Positions 30,492 through 41,538 of a stretch of 62,396 nt of DNA are shown in pieces (the first letter of the stretch is position 1; each line of letters opens with the position of its first letter). Position numbers and translations under genes: made by a program. This stretch comes from an uncultured Bacilli bacterium. Lineage in GTDB: Bacteria; Bacillota_I; Bacilli_A; RF39; UBA660. Location of the stretch: NCBI GenBank assembly GCA_944358525.1, contig CALVRI010000004.1:1-62396 (forward strand), in the 5' to 3' direction. The notes under the pieces are model-generated. The model had not been told where the DNA came from. It did no database searches and worked only from the letters and a program-made list of their open reading frames with translations.

Positions 30492-31517
30492 TTATTTTTT
30501 TGGATCAATCATAATTTTTACCGCATCATCTGTTCCACTTGTTAATCTTTCATAAGCTTTTTGGATTTCTTCAAGTGGTACAATATCATCGACAAATTTC
30601 ATAACATCTATTTTTTCATTTGCCATTAAACTTATACAGTTTTTAAATTCCTCTTTTGTATATGCGATAGCTCCTTTAATTGTTAATTCTTTCATAACCG
30701 CAATTACAGATGCAAATTCTATTGGTTTAGGTGATACACCAACTAAGACAATGGTTCCCCCTGGTTTAACTGTCATTAATTCACTTTCTACAGCTTTAGT
30801 AGTACCAGAACAGTCTATTACAACATCAAATCCATTAGGAATTTTAGTAAAAATGTTATTTAAAAAATTTTCATCTTTAGCATTAAACCAATCATCAGCA
30901 ACATTTAGTTTTACTGATTTTTTGCCCCTAGCTTCATTTGTTTCACTTACGGCAACAAATTCAGCACCTTCTAGTTTAGCAAACATAGCTGAGACTAGAC
31001 CAATAATTCCACCACCAACAATTAAAACTTTATCTCCGACTCTAATATCAGCTAAATGAACAGCATGTAAGCCAACTGCTGTTGGTTCAACCATTGCACC
31101 CTCTTCATCTGTTACATTATCTGGTAATTTTAATACCATGTCTGGTCTTATTGCTATTGTGCTTGTTAATCCGCCTGGATTATCTAATGATAGTCCAATG
31201 GCATGAGTCCAAGTTTCTGAACAATACTGTGGATTTCCTGTTTCACATGCTTCACAGTTCCCGCATGGTGAGATAGGTAGAGCAGTTACTCTATCTCCAA
31301 TTTTTAAATCTGTTCTACTACCAGGATTTACAACTTTACCTGTAAATTCATGTCCCATTATTAAACCTTTAGGTTCTCCAGCATCCCAGTTATGAATATC
31401 TGAACCACATATTCCAGTTTTTATTATGTCGATTATTACTTTGTTATTATCTGGTTTTGGAGCATTTACATCGGCTATTTTAAATTTCTTTATATCTTCT
31501 AATATTGCAGCTTTCAT
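30492..31517 (-). CDS. Zinc-dependent medium-chain alcohol/polyol dehydrogenase
   Basis: GICGSDIH and GHEFTG catalytic-Zn motifs, the structural Zn cluster CGNCEACETGNPQYC and NAD motif GGGIIG. Confidence 0.85.
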   Translation of the reverse strand: MKAAILEDIKKFKIADVNAPKPDNNKVIIDIIKTGICGSDIHNWDAGEPKGLIMGHEFTGKVVNPGSRTDLKIGDRVTALPISPCGNCEACETGNPQYCSETWTHAIGLSLDNPGGLTSTIAIRPDMVLKLPDNVTDEEGAMVEPTAVGLHAVHLADIRVGDKVLIVGGGIIGLVSAMFAKLEGAEFVAVSETNEARGKKSVKLNVADDWFNAKDENFLNNIFTKIPNGFDVVIDCSGTTKAVESELMTVKPGGTIVLVGVSPKPIEFASVIAVMKELTIKGAIAYTKEEFKNCISLMANEKIDVMKFVDDIVPLEEIQKAYERLTSGTDDAVKIMIDPKK

Positions 31518-31645
31518 TATATCCCTCCATTATAATTATAACATTTGTTAAATTGTGAAGAATAAAAAAATTTAAAATATTTTTAAATTTTACTTTTAGT
31601 ATACTAAAAGTAGTATGCAATTTTATGCATACTACTTAATGGTAA

Positions 31646-33170
<1,525 letters not shown>

Positions 33171-33226
33171 AAGTATTTTTTCTAATAAATGTGGTAAAAT
33201 AATATTATTTCGAGGTGAAAAATAAA

Positions 33227-33670
33227 ATGGATAAATTAGATAGATTTATTAAAGCACAGGAAAATACATATTATATAGCTTTAAATGAGATAAAGAATGG
33301 TAGAAAGAGGTCACATTGGATGTGGTACATTTTTCCACAGATAAAAGGTCTTGGTATGAGTGATGCTTCTAGATTTTATGGAATAGATGGTGTTATAGAG
33401 GCTAGAGCATATTTGGATAATGAAATATTAGGTGCTAGATTGCGTGAAATAACAGGTGAACTTTTAAAACTTAATGAAAATAATCCTTTTGATATTTTTG
33501 GAACAATTGATACAATTAAGTTAAAATCTTGTATGACTTTATTTAATTATGTTTCTGATGAAGATATTTTTATGGATGTTTTAGAAAAATTTTATAATGG
33601 AGAGATAGATGATAAAACAATTTTTCTTTGTGAAAAAGGGAAAAATTTAACATATAAGAATAAAAAATAA
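33227..33670 (+). CDS. DUF1810 family protein
   Basis: LDRFIKAQE...[21 protein letters not shown] matches the recalled DUF1810 consensus. The ATG at 33227 follows GAGGTG. Confidence 0.7.
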   Translation: MDKLDRFIKAQENTYYIALNEIKNGRKRSHWMWYIFPQIKGLGMSDASRFYGIDGVIEARAYLDNEILGARLREITGELLKLNENNPFDIFGTIDTIKLKSCMTLFNYVSDEDIFMDVLEKFYNGEIDDKTIFLCEKGKNLTYKNKK

Positions 33671-33702
33671 AAGATGACATTATTATAGTGAGGAGGAATT
33701 TT

Positions 33703-35652
33703 GTGTTCGATTTAGTATCTAAATTTGATCCGAGTGGTGATCAACCACAGGCAATAGATAAACTTGTTAAAGGAGTAGAGGAAGGAAAAAAATTCCAAGT
33801 ATTATTGGGGGCAACGGGTACTGGTAAGACTTTTACGATAGCTAATGTTATTCAAAAAACGCAAAAACCAACACTTGTTTTAGCTCACAATAAGACACTA
33901 GCTGGACAGTTATATGGAGAACTCAAGGAACTCTTCCCAAATAACCATGTTTGTTATTTTGTCTCATATTATGATTATTATCAGCCAGAAGCTTATGTGG
34001 CTAAAACTGATACTTATATAGAAAAAGATGCTTCAATTAATGATGAAATTGATGAACTTAGACATTATGCGACTGCATCACTTTTAGCTCATAAAGATGT
34101 AATTGTGGTGGCCTCTGTTTCTTGTATATATGGTATTGGAGAGATTGAAGATTATAAGAAAAAAGTTTTATTTTTAAGTGTTGGAGAGACTGTAGATAGA
34201 GATCAAGTGATTGAAAAGTTGATTGAAATGCTTTATGAGAGAAATAATATTGATTTAAAACGTGGTACTTTTAGAGTTCATGGAGATGTTTTAGAAATTG
34301 TTCCTATTGGACAGCATGCTCATGGGATTAGAGTAGAGTTTTTTGGTGATGAAATTGATAGGATTAGCGAGTTTGATTTAGTTACTGGAACTTTAGTAAA
34401 CGACAAAAAAACTTATACACTATTTCCCGCAAGTCATTTCGTTACTAATGATGAAAAATTGAAGATTGCTATTGAAAATATTAAGAAAGAATTAGAAGGG
34501 CAATTAGAAAAGTTTCAAAGTGAAAATAAGTTACTTGAGTATCAAAGATTAAAAGAAAGAACTAATTATGATATTGAAATGCTTTCGGAAACAGGTTCTT
34601 GTAGGGGGGTTGAAAATTATTCAGCACCACTCGCTTTAAGAAAACCAGGAGAGATGCCAACGACTTTAATTGATTTTTTTGGTGATGATTTTTTGCTTGT
34701 TGTCGATGAATCCCATGTTACTTTACCACAAGTTAGAGCTATGTATAATGGAGATAGAATGCGTAAGCAAGCTTTAGTTGATTATGGTTTTAGGTTACCT
34801 AGTGCACTTGATAATAGACCTTTAAAGTTTGAAGAATTTGAGGGTAAAATTAAACAAGCAATATTTGTTTCTGCAACACCAGGAGATTATGAGATGGAAA
34901 AAGTTCATAATAAGGTTACGGAACAAATTATAAGACCAACAGGTTTATTAGATCCAAAGATTGAGGTTAAACCGACTAAAAATCAAATAGATGATTTAGT
35001 TAGTCAAATACATAAACAAATAGAGAAAAATGAAAGAACTTTAATTACAACTTTGACAATTAGAATGGCTGAAGAATTATCTGTTTATTTGAAAAATTTA
35101 GATATTAAAGTTGCTTATTTACATAATGAGATTAAGACTTTAGAGAGAATGCAGATAATTCATGATTTGAGGGTTGGTAAATATGATGTGGTTGTTGGAA
35201 TTAATTTACTTCGTGAGGGAATAGACGTTCCAGAAGTTAGTTTAATTGCAATAATGGATGCGGATAAACAAGGATTTTTACGAAGTGAACGTAGTTTAAT
35301 TCAAACAATTGGTAGAGCGGCTCGTAATGCGAATGGTAGAGTTATCATGTATGCGGATGAGATAAGTTCAGCTATGGATGCGGCTATAAAGGAAACTAAT
35401 AGAAGAAGAAGTATTCAAGAAGCTTATAATAAAGAACATGGAATTGTTCCAAAAACAATTATTAAAGAAATACGTGAGGTTATCTCTAATAAGTTTGAAA
35501 TTAAAGAGAAAAAAGAGAAAAAGATGACTAAGAAAGATAAAGAAAGATTGATGTTTGATTTAGAACATGAAATGAAAGAAGCAGCTAAAAACTTAGATTT
35601 TGAAAGAGCTATGGAACTACGTGATGCATTATTTGAGATGCAAAGTGAATAA
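33703..35652 (+). CDS. uvrB: Excinuclease ABC subunit B
   Basis: [17 protein letters not shown], Walker [10 protein letters not shown], helicase motifs and a C-terminal UVR domain. The GTG at 33703 follows GAGGAGG and is preferred over the track GTG at 33688. Confidence 0.95.
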   Translation: MFDLVSKFDPSGDQPQAIDKLVKGVEEGKKFQVLLGATGTGKTFTIANVIQKTQKPTLVLAHNKTLAGQLYGELKELFPNNHVCYFVSYYDYYQPEAYVAKTDTYIEKDASINDEIDELRHYATASLLAHKDVIVVASVSCIYGIGEIEDYKKKVLFLSVGETVDRDQVIEKLIEMLYERNNIDLKRGTFRVHGDVLEIVPIGQHAHGIRVEFFGDEIDRISEFDLVTGTLVNDKKTYTLFPASHFVTNDEKLKIAIENIKKELEGQLEKFQSENKLLEYQRLKERTNYDIEMLSETGSCRGVENYSAPLALRKPGEMPTTLIDFFGDDFLLVVDESHVTLPQVRAMYNGDRMRKQALVDYGFRLPSALDNRPLKFEEFEGKIKQAIFVSATPGDYEMEKVHNKVTEQIIRPTGLLDPKIEVKPTKNQIDDLVSQIHKQIEKNERTLITTLTIRMAEELSVYLKNLDIKVAYLHNEIKTLERMQIIHDLRVGKYDVVVGINLLREGIDVPEVSLIAIMDADKQGFLRSERSLIQTIGRAARNANGRVIMYADEISSAMDAAIKETNRRRSIQEAYNKEHGIVPKTIIKEIREVISNKFEIKEKKEKKMTKKDKERLMFDLEHEMKEAAKNLDFERAMELRDALFEMQSE

Positions 35653-35739
35653 GGATTAGAGTTTTTCTAATCTTTATTTTGTTAGGGACTTCTTTTGTTT
35701 CTTTTATTGGAATATGCTATAATGAGGGTGGTGAAAAAT

Positions 35740-36168
35740 ATGCGAAAGAGGAAGAATAATTTTTTTATTAAAGTATTTGATTGGGTTGTTCGTATTTTGG
35801 GTTATACAGTTATTTTAATGCTTATGACACTTGTATTTAAAAATACACTTTATATCGATAATTCATATTATGGTTTTTGGTGTTTAGTGGCTTCTATTTT
35901 AATTTATTTACTTAATAAAACGATTAAGCCTTTTTTGGTATGGCTTACTATCCCAATTACTGGTATTACTTTAGGTTTATTTTATCCTTTTATAAATTTA
36001 ATTATTTTAAAAATAGTGAGTTTTATTTTAGGTGATCATTTTAGTATATATGGTATTTGGTTTGCGGTATTAGTAGCTATATGTATATCTGTTTTGAATG
36101 TTGTTTTAGATATGACTTTATTTAAAAGAATAACATTTAAGGAGGACAAGAATGGATCCAATAATTAA
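35740..36168 (+). CDS. Phage_holin_4_2 (DUF360, YvlD-like) small membrane protein
   Basis: NKTIKPFLVWLTIPITGITLGLFYPFINLIILK. The promoter TTGTTT (35695-35700), 17 nt spacer, TGcTATAAT (35715-35723) lies inside the track N-terminal extension, so the ATG at 35740 is preferred. Confidence 0.6.
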   Translation: MRKRKNNFFIKVFDWVVRILGYTVILMLMTLVFKNTLYIDNSYYGFWCLVASILIYLLNKTIKPFLVWLTIPITGITLGLFYPFINLIILKIVSFILGDHFSIYGIWFAVLVAICISVLNVVLDMTLFKRITFKEDKNGSNN

Positions 36169-36940
36169 TTTAGGTATTATTTCTATTCACTGGTATTCAA
36201 TTTTACTTTTTATTGCAATTTTAATAGGTTCTAATTTAGCTATAAAAGAAGCAAAGAGACATGGTTTTGAAGAAGATTTTATGGTTAATTTGCTTTTTTT
36301 AGGAGTTATTATTGGAATTATTGGTGCGAGAATTTATTATGTTATATTTAATTTTGATTATTATAAAGATAATTTAATAGAAATATTTAAAGTTTGGAAT
36401 GGTGGTCTTGCAATTCATGGTGGAATAATAGCTGGATTAATTACTATTGCAGTTATATGTTATAAGAAAAAGGTTAATTTACTTAAAATATTAGATTATT
36501 TGGTGGTTGGACTTATTATCGCACAGGCTATTGGAAGATGGGGTAATTTCTTTAATGGCGAAGCACATGGACCAGTGACTACACTTGCTTATTTAGAAAG
36601 TTTAAATTTACCTCAATTTATAATTGATGGTATGTTTATAGATGGTAATTATTATATTCCAACTTTTTTCATTGAGTCTGTTTGGTGTTTTATAGGATTT
36701 ATAATTATGATTGTTTTAAGAAGAAAAAAATTTATGAAGATTGGATATTTAACTAGTTTTTATTTAGTTTGGTATGGTATTGAGAGATTTTTTGTTGAAG
36801 GAATGAGAACAGATAGTTTGATGTTTTTTTCACTTAGAATAGCTCAGTTAGTGTCACTAGTAATGATTATTATTGGAATAGTTTTATTTATTTATAGTTT
36901 GAGAAAGTCTAAAAAATATGAAGGTGATGAAAATGCGTAA
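36152..36940 (+). CDS. lgt: Prolipoprotein diacylglyceryl transferase
   Basis: GRWGNFFNGEAHG signature in a polytopic membrane protein. Confidence 0.9.
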   Translation: MDPIINLGIISIHWYSILLFIAILIGSNLAIKEAKRHGFEEDFMVNLLFLGVIIGIIGARIYYVIFNFDYYKDNLIEIFKVWNGGLAIHGGIIAGLITIAVICYKKKVNLLKILDYLVVGLIIAQAIGRWGNFFNGEAHGPVTTLAYLESLNLPQFIIDGMFIDGNYYIPTFFIESVWCFIGFIIMIVLRRKKFMKIGYLTSFYLVWYGIERFFVEGMRTDSLMFFSLRIAQLVSLVMIIIGIVLFIYSLRKSKKYEGDENA

Positions 36941-37811
36941 GTGTGTAATTATAGGGGCAGGGCCTGCTGGTATGAATGCGGCTTTGTATTTAAAAAGAGC
37001 CGGAATAGAACCTATTATAATTGAGAAGGATGTGCCTGGTGGTGAGATGCTTAAGACTGATAAAATAGAAAATTATTTGGGATTTGAATCTATTTCTGGT
37101 GGTGAACTTGCACTTAAAATGAGCATACAACTTAAAGGTTTAGGAGTTAATATAATTAGAGATAAGGTTATTAAAGTTAGATATGATGATAAATTTATAG
37201 TAGAGTGTGAGAAAGAACAATATGTTTCTGATTATGTTATTGTGGCAACTGGTAGGACACCTAGAAAACTCGGTTTAAGAGGAGAAGAAGAATTAACTGG
37301 AAAAGGTATTAGTTACTGTGCGGTTTGTGATGGAGCTTTTTATAGAGGTAGAGAAGTTGCTGTAATTGGTGGTGGAGATGCGGCTTTAACTGAAGCATTA
37401 TATTTAGCTGATTTATGTTCTAAGGTGTATGTTGTTGTACGTCATAATTTAAGAGCAAGTGATGTGCTTCAAAATAGGGTTAAAGCAAAAGAAAATATTA
37501 TAGTTTTAAAAAATGTTAATGTTAATGAATTAAAATATGATGATAAATTATCTAATGTTATTTTAGATGATGGAAAAACATTACCAGTTAGTGGAATGTT
37601 TATTGCTATTGGTAGAATGCCTGAACTTAGTTTTTTAAATGAAATTGATTTAGAAATGAAAAATGGATATATTTTAACAAATGATAAAATGCAAAGTAAT
37701 ATTAAGGGACTTTATGCAGTAGGTGATGTTAGATATAAAGATTATTATCAGATTGTTACTGCAGTAAGCGATGGGGCAGTGGCTGCATTAGCTATTAGAG
37801 AGGAAGTATAA
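36933..37811 (+). CDS. trxB: Thioredoxin-disulfide reductase
   Basis: GAGPAG, redox-active CAVCDG and GGGDAA. The ATG at 36933 overlaps the lgt stop. Confidence 0.9.
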   Translation: MRKCVIIGAGPAGMNAALYLKRAGIEPIIIEKDVPGGEMLKTDKIENYLGFESISGGELALKMSIQLKGLGVNIIRDKVIKVRYDDKFIVECEKEQYVSDYVIVATGRTPRKLGLRGEEELTGKGISYCAVCDGAFYRGREVAVIGGGDAALTEALYLADLCSKVYVVVRHNLRASDVLQNRVKAKENIIVLKNVNVNELKYDDKLSNVILDDGKTLPVSGMFIAIGRMPELSFLNEIDLEMKNGYILTNDKMQSNIKGLYAVGDVRYKDYYQIVTAVSDGAVAALAIREEV

Positions 37812-37813
37812 TT

Positions 37814-38755
37814 ATGAAATTAGCAGTTTTAGGCGGAGGAACAGGAATGAGTTGTTTGCTCCGTGGCCTTAAAAAATTACCTTTTGATATTTCTGCAATT
37901 GTGTCTGTATGTGATGATGGAAGTAGTACTGGTAGACTTCGAGAGGAATTTCATACACCAGCTGTTGGAGATATTCGTAAAGTCTTGATTAGTTTATCAG
38001 AAAATGAGAATGAGATTAAAAAATTATTTGATTATAGGTTTAATACATCAAGTGATTTAGATGGGCATGCTTTAGGTAATTTGCTTTTGACTGGAGCAGC
38101 TTCTATTACTGGAAATGTATCTGATGGTATTGAACTTGTCAATTCATTACTTAAATTAAAGGGTAAAGTTATACCTTTAACAGAGGATAATGTTACTTTG
38201 ATGGGTAAAATGAATAGTGGTAAAGTTGTTATGGGCGAGCATCATATTACAGAATATAATGATAAAATTAAATCAGTTTATTATAAAGAGACACCTGAGG
38301 TTAACCCTGATGTTTTGAAAGCTATTCGTGAAGCTGATGCGATTGTACTTAGTATGGGAAGTTTATTTACAAGTATTATTCCTAATTTACTTTGTAAAGA
38401 GGTTAAAAAAGAAATTGATAATAGTAAAGCTAAAATTATTTATGTTTGTAATATTATGACTCAACCTGGTGAGACTGATGATTTTAAGGTTTCAGATCAT
38501 GTTAAGTTGCTTAATAAGTATTTAGGTAAACGTAAAGTTGATGCGGTTATTTTAAATAATGGTATGATTGATCCAGAAATTGTTAAAAATTATGAAACTA
38601 CAGAACAAAAAGATTTGGTTAAAGTTGATTATGATAATTTGAAAAAGTTGAAAGTTGATATTATTGATAATGATTATATTGTTATTGAAAATGGAATGAT
38701 TAGACATAACACACTTAGAGTGGCAATTGATATACTTTCATATTTGCTAGATTAG
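37814..38755 (+). CDS. yvcK: YvcK/CofD-family gluconeogenesis factor
   Basis: LGGGTGMSCLLRGLK N-terminus. It lies immediately upstream of whiA. Confidence 0.85.
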   Translation: MKLAVLGGGTGMSCLLRGLKKLPFDISAIVSVCDDGSSTGRLREEFHTPAVGDIRKVLISLSENENEIKKLFDYRFNTSSDLDGHALGNLLLTGAASITGNVSDGIELVNSLLKLKGKVIPLTEDNVTLMGKMNSGKVVMGEHHITEYNDKIKSVYYKETPEVNPDVLKAIREADAIVLSMGSLFTSIIPNLLCKEVKKEIDNSKAKIIYVCNIMTQPGETDDFKVSDHVKLLNKYLGKRKVDAVILNNGMIDPEIVKNYETTEQKDLVKVDYDNLKKLKVDIIDNDYIVIENGMIRHNTLRVAIDILSYLLD

Positions 38756-38766
38756 AGGTGATTTTT

Positions 38767-39687
38767 ATGTCATTTACGGCTACTGTTAAGGATGAAGTTA
38801 GTAAGCTTGATATACCTGAGACTGAAAAAATTTCTGAATTATCGGCAATTGTCCAAAATAATGATTATAGTAATGGAATAAAAATTGTAACTGAGAATAA
38901 CTCGGTAGCTAGACTTGTATATTCTTTATTTAAAGATTTATTTAATGTGTATGCGAAGGTTAGTGTTAGAAGAGGTTATAATTATAGTAAAAATATGCTT
39001 TATACTTTAGAGGTTAAAAATAAGGTGGCAGATATTTTAAAATCTCTTGGTATTATAGGTGCGGTTCCTGAAAATTTTATATATGCAGATGAGGCATTAT
39101 TGATGGCATATTTAAAGGGATTATTTTTGATGAAGGCAAGTGTGAATGATCCTAAAACTTCAAGATATCATTTAGAATTTAATTTGGATAATTTAGAGTA
39201 TGCTGAATTTATTCAAAAAAGTTTGAATTATTTTCATTTGAATAGTAAGATTTTGCACCGTGAACACAGGTATGTTGTTTATATTAAAGAAGCTGAAAAA
39301 ATTGGTGATTTTTTAAGAATAATGGGCGCTACAAAAGCGGTACTTTATTTTGAAGACATAAGAATATATAGAGATCATAAAAATATGACTAATAGACTTA
39401 ATAATTGTGAGCAAGCCAATGTGGATAAGATTATTGAGACAGCTAATGAACAGGTTAAGGATATTGAGTTACTTAAAAGAATGGATGTATATGATTTACT
39501 TAATGATAAAGAAAAGGAAGTTTCGGAGTATAGAGTTAAATATCCGGATGCTTCGTTATTAGAATTGAGTCAAATAATTAGTATGGAAACAGGTAATAAA
39601 ATTACCAAATCAGGTGTATATCATAGACTTAACAAAATTAGACAATTGGCTTTAAAGATGAAAGAGAAGAATAAATCAGAAAATTAA
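38767..39687 (+). CDS. whiA: DNA-binding protein WhiA
   Basis: MSFTATVKDEV start, LAGLIDADG-like core and a C-terminal HTH (KSGVYHRLNKIRQLA). Confidence 0.9.
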   Translation: MSFTATVKDEVSKLDIPETEKISELSAIVQNNDYSNGIKIVTENNSVARLVYSLFKDLFNVYAKVSVRRGYNYSKNMLYTLEVKNKVADILKSLGIIGAVPENFIYADEALLMAYLKGLFLMKASVNDPKTSRYHLEFNLDNLEYAEFIQKSLNYFHLNSKILHREHRYVVYIKEAEKIGDFLRIMGATKAVLYFEDIRIYRDHKNMTNRLNNCEQANVDKIIETANEQVKDIELLKRMDVYDLLNDKEKEVSEYRVKYPDASLLELSQIISMETGNKITKSGVYHRLNKIRQLALKMKEKNKSEN

Positions 39688-39777
39688 AATGTTTTTTGAT
39701 TTTTTTTTAAATTTGTTTTGTAAAAAAATGTTCTTTGTCGCAGATATATGACCAAATTTATTTTGTTAAATTTTTTT

Positions 39778-39870
39778 GACTTTTTTAAAATTGATTTTCG
39801 ACTTTTTTAAAATTAACTCCCGGCTATTTTAAAGTCACAATTTGACTTTTTAAAAACTATTTCATATAAT
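39778..39870 (+). promoter_or_regulatory. Consensus promoter preceded by 22-bp-phased GACTTTTTTAAAATT repeats
   Basis: GACTTTTTTAAAATT at 39778-39792 and 39800-39814. GACTTTTTAAAAA at 39844-39856. An inverted copy AAAGTC at 39831-39836. Promoter TTGACT (39842-39847), 17 nt spacer, TATAAT (39865-39870). Confidence 0.6.
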
Positions 39871-39892
39871 AAGTTTGAAAGTTGGTGATAAA

Positions 39893-41110
39893 ATGTATGA
39901 AAGAGAAGCTTTGAAAGTTATAGAAAATATTAACAAAACATTTAAGGTTTTATTAGTTACTGGTCCTAGGCAGGTTGGGAAAACGACCTTACTTCTTAGT
40001 ATTAAACCTGATAATATGGAATATGTAACTCTTGATGATGTTGTTTTAAGAGAACAGGCTAGAAAAGATCCAAAACTTTTTTTAGAAGAACATCCTGCTC
40101 CTTTATTAATTGATGAAGCACAGTATGCACCTAATTTGTTTTCATATATTAAGATTGCTGTGGATAAAGGTGATAAAAATGGGATGTATTGGCTTACTGG
40201 TTCACAGCAGTTTCATTTAATGAAAAATGTATCAGAATCACTTGCTGGAAGAGTTGGAATTGTTAATTTAAATAGTTTTATGTACTGTGAAATAGCTAGA
40301 AATAAATCTAAAGTTTTATTTGATCCTTTGAATTTAAAAAAAGCTGAAAAGATTAATGTTAATGAACTTTTTAAAATTATATATAAAGGTGGAATGCCTG
40401 CTCTTTATAAAGATGATAATATTGATTCTAATATATATTTTCAAGGATATTTGGATACATATATTTCAAGAGATGTGAGAGAACTTACAGAAATTGGCAA
40501 TGTTGAATCATTTAAAAAATTTATTGTTAGTGTGGCTTCAAGAACGGGTGAACAGTTAAATTATAGTACACTTGCCGATGATGCAGGAATAAGTGTTCCA
40601 ACAGCAAAATCATGGCTTTCAATACTTACATCATCTGGATTAGTTTATTTGTTAGAACCTTATATGTCATCAGAATTAAAAAGAATTACGCATATGCCTA
40701 AAATTATTTTTATGGATACAGGTCTTGCTGCTTTTTTAGCTGGATGGGAAAGTGCGAGAGATTTACAGCTTAGTCCAAGTGCCGGTCATTATTTAGAAAC
40801 TTATGTAATAAGTGAGATTGTTAAAGATTATAATGCGAGAGGAATTAGACCAAATTTATCTTATTATAGAGATAAGGATAAAAAGGAAATTGATTTAATT
40901 ATTTATAAGAATAATACTCTTTATCCTTTTGAAATTAAAAAGACAGCTTCACCAAATAAATCAATGATTAAAAATTTTGAATTACTTAATAAAAGTAATA
41001 AAAATATTGGTACAGGAGGAATTATTTGTCTTTATGATGATTTGATGCATTTAGATGAAAATAATTATATTATTCCCATATCTTCGGTGATTAATGCGAA
41101 AGAATTATAG
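39893..41110 (+). CDS. AAA+ ATPase with DUF4143-type C-terminal domain
   Basis: Walker A GPRQVGKTT and Walker B LLIDEAQ. The C-terminal region resembles the recalled DUF4143 and restriction-endonuclease-like fold family (COG1373 type). Confidence 0.75.
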   Translation: MYEREALKVIENINKTFKVLLVTGPRQVGKTTLLLSIKPDNMEYVTLDDVVLREQARKDPKLFLEEHPAPLLIDEAQYAPNLFSYIKIAVDKGDKNGMYWLTGSQQFHLMKNVSESLAGRVGIVNLNSFMYCEIARNKSKVLFDPLNLKKAEKINVNELFKIIYKGGMPALYKDDNIDSNIYFQGYLDTYISRDVRELTEIGNVESFKKFIVSVASRTGEQLNYSTLADDAGISVPTAKSWLSILTSSGLVYLLEPYMSSELKRITHMPKIIFMDTGLAAFLAGWESARDLQLSPSAGHYLETYVISEIVKDYNARGIRPNLSYYRDKDKKEIDLIIYKNNTLYPFEIKKTASPNKSMIKNFELLNKSNKNIGTGGIICLYDDLMHLDENNYIIPISSVINAKEL

Positions 41111-41129
41111 GTATTATACTTATAATTCT

Positions 41130-41428
41130 TTTTTACTAGGAATTTACTTTGTAAAAGGTAAAATATTTGAAGTTAAGAAAATGGTAATGTCCAGTGTGTC
41201 AAATGAATTATAATTGTGATTATAATGTAGCAGTAATGTTTAAGGTTTTAAAAAAATATATGTTATGTTTAAAGTAAGGTATCTAATTAATAAATTTTAT
41301 ATATAAAATATAAATTAAGGTGGCTACTATTTGATATTGGTTTATAGAGAAGTCTTAGATTCTGCTAAAGAAGAAAGAACTTATCATGAGGTAATAACAT
41401 TCAAAATTTATTTTATTCATTTTTTTGT
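41130..41428 (+). mobile_element. Internally deleted (about 0.3 kb) copy of the IS200/IS605-family TnpB element found at 60501-61897
   Basis: 41133-41165 matches the left end at 60504-60536 (TTACTAGGAATTT.CTTTGTAAAAGGTAAAA). 41185-41428 aligns with 61650-61897, which covers the tnpB 3' end and the right end, at roughly three-quarters identity by eye. About 1.1 kb of tnpB is missing. The ends are uncertain by a few nt. Confidence 0.65.
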
Positions 41429-41538
41429 AAAATAATTAAAAAATGATATCTATCATAAATAGAATAATTTAAAATTTAAATGTTAGTTGACAAGACAAGA
41501 ATGATAATTTATAGTATAATGGATAAGAGGGTGAAATT

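Noticed and set aside
35740-36168. The phage holin family protein as evidence of a prophage.
   Set aside because: It is a single small membrane gene (YvlD/DUF360 type) between uvrB and lgt, with no lysin, integrase or structural genes. This family is commonly chromosomal.
39778-39856. Possible CRISPR-like arrays (also 53445-53505 and 47031-47078).
   Set aside because: Each has only 2-3 short (15-nt) repeats with spacers of 7-18 nt. The repeats are not palindromic and no cas genes are present. They sit at promoters and look like operators.
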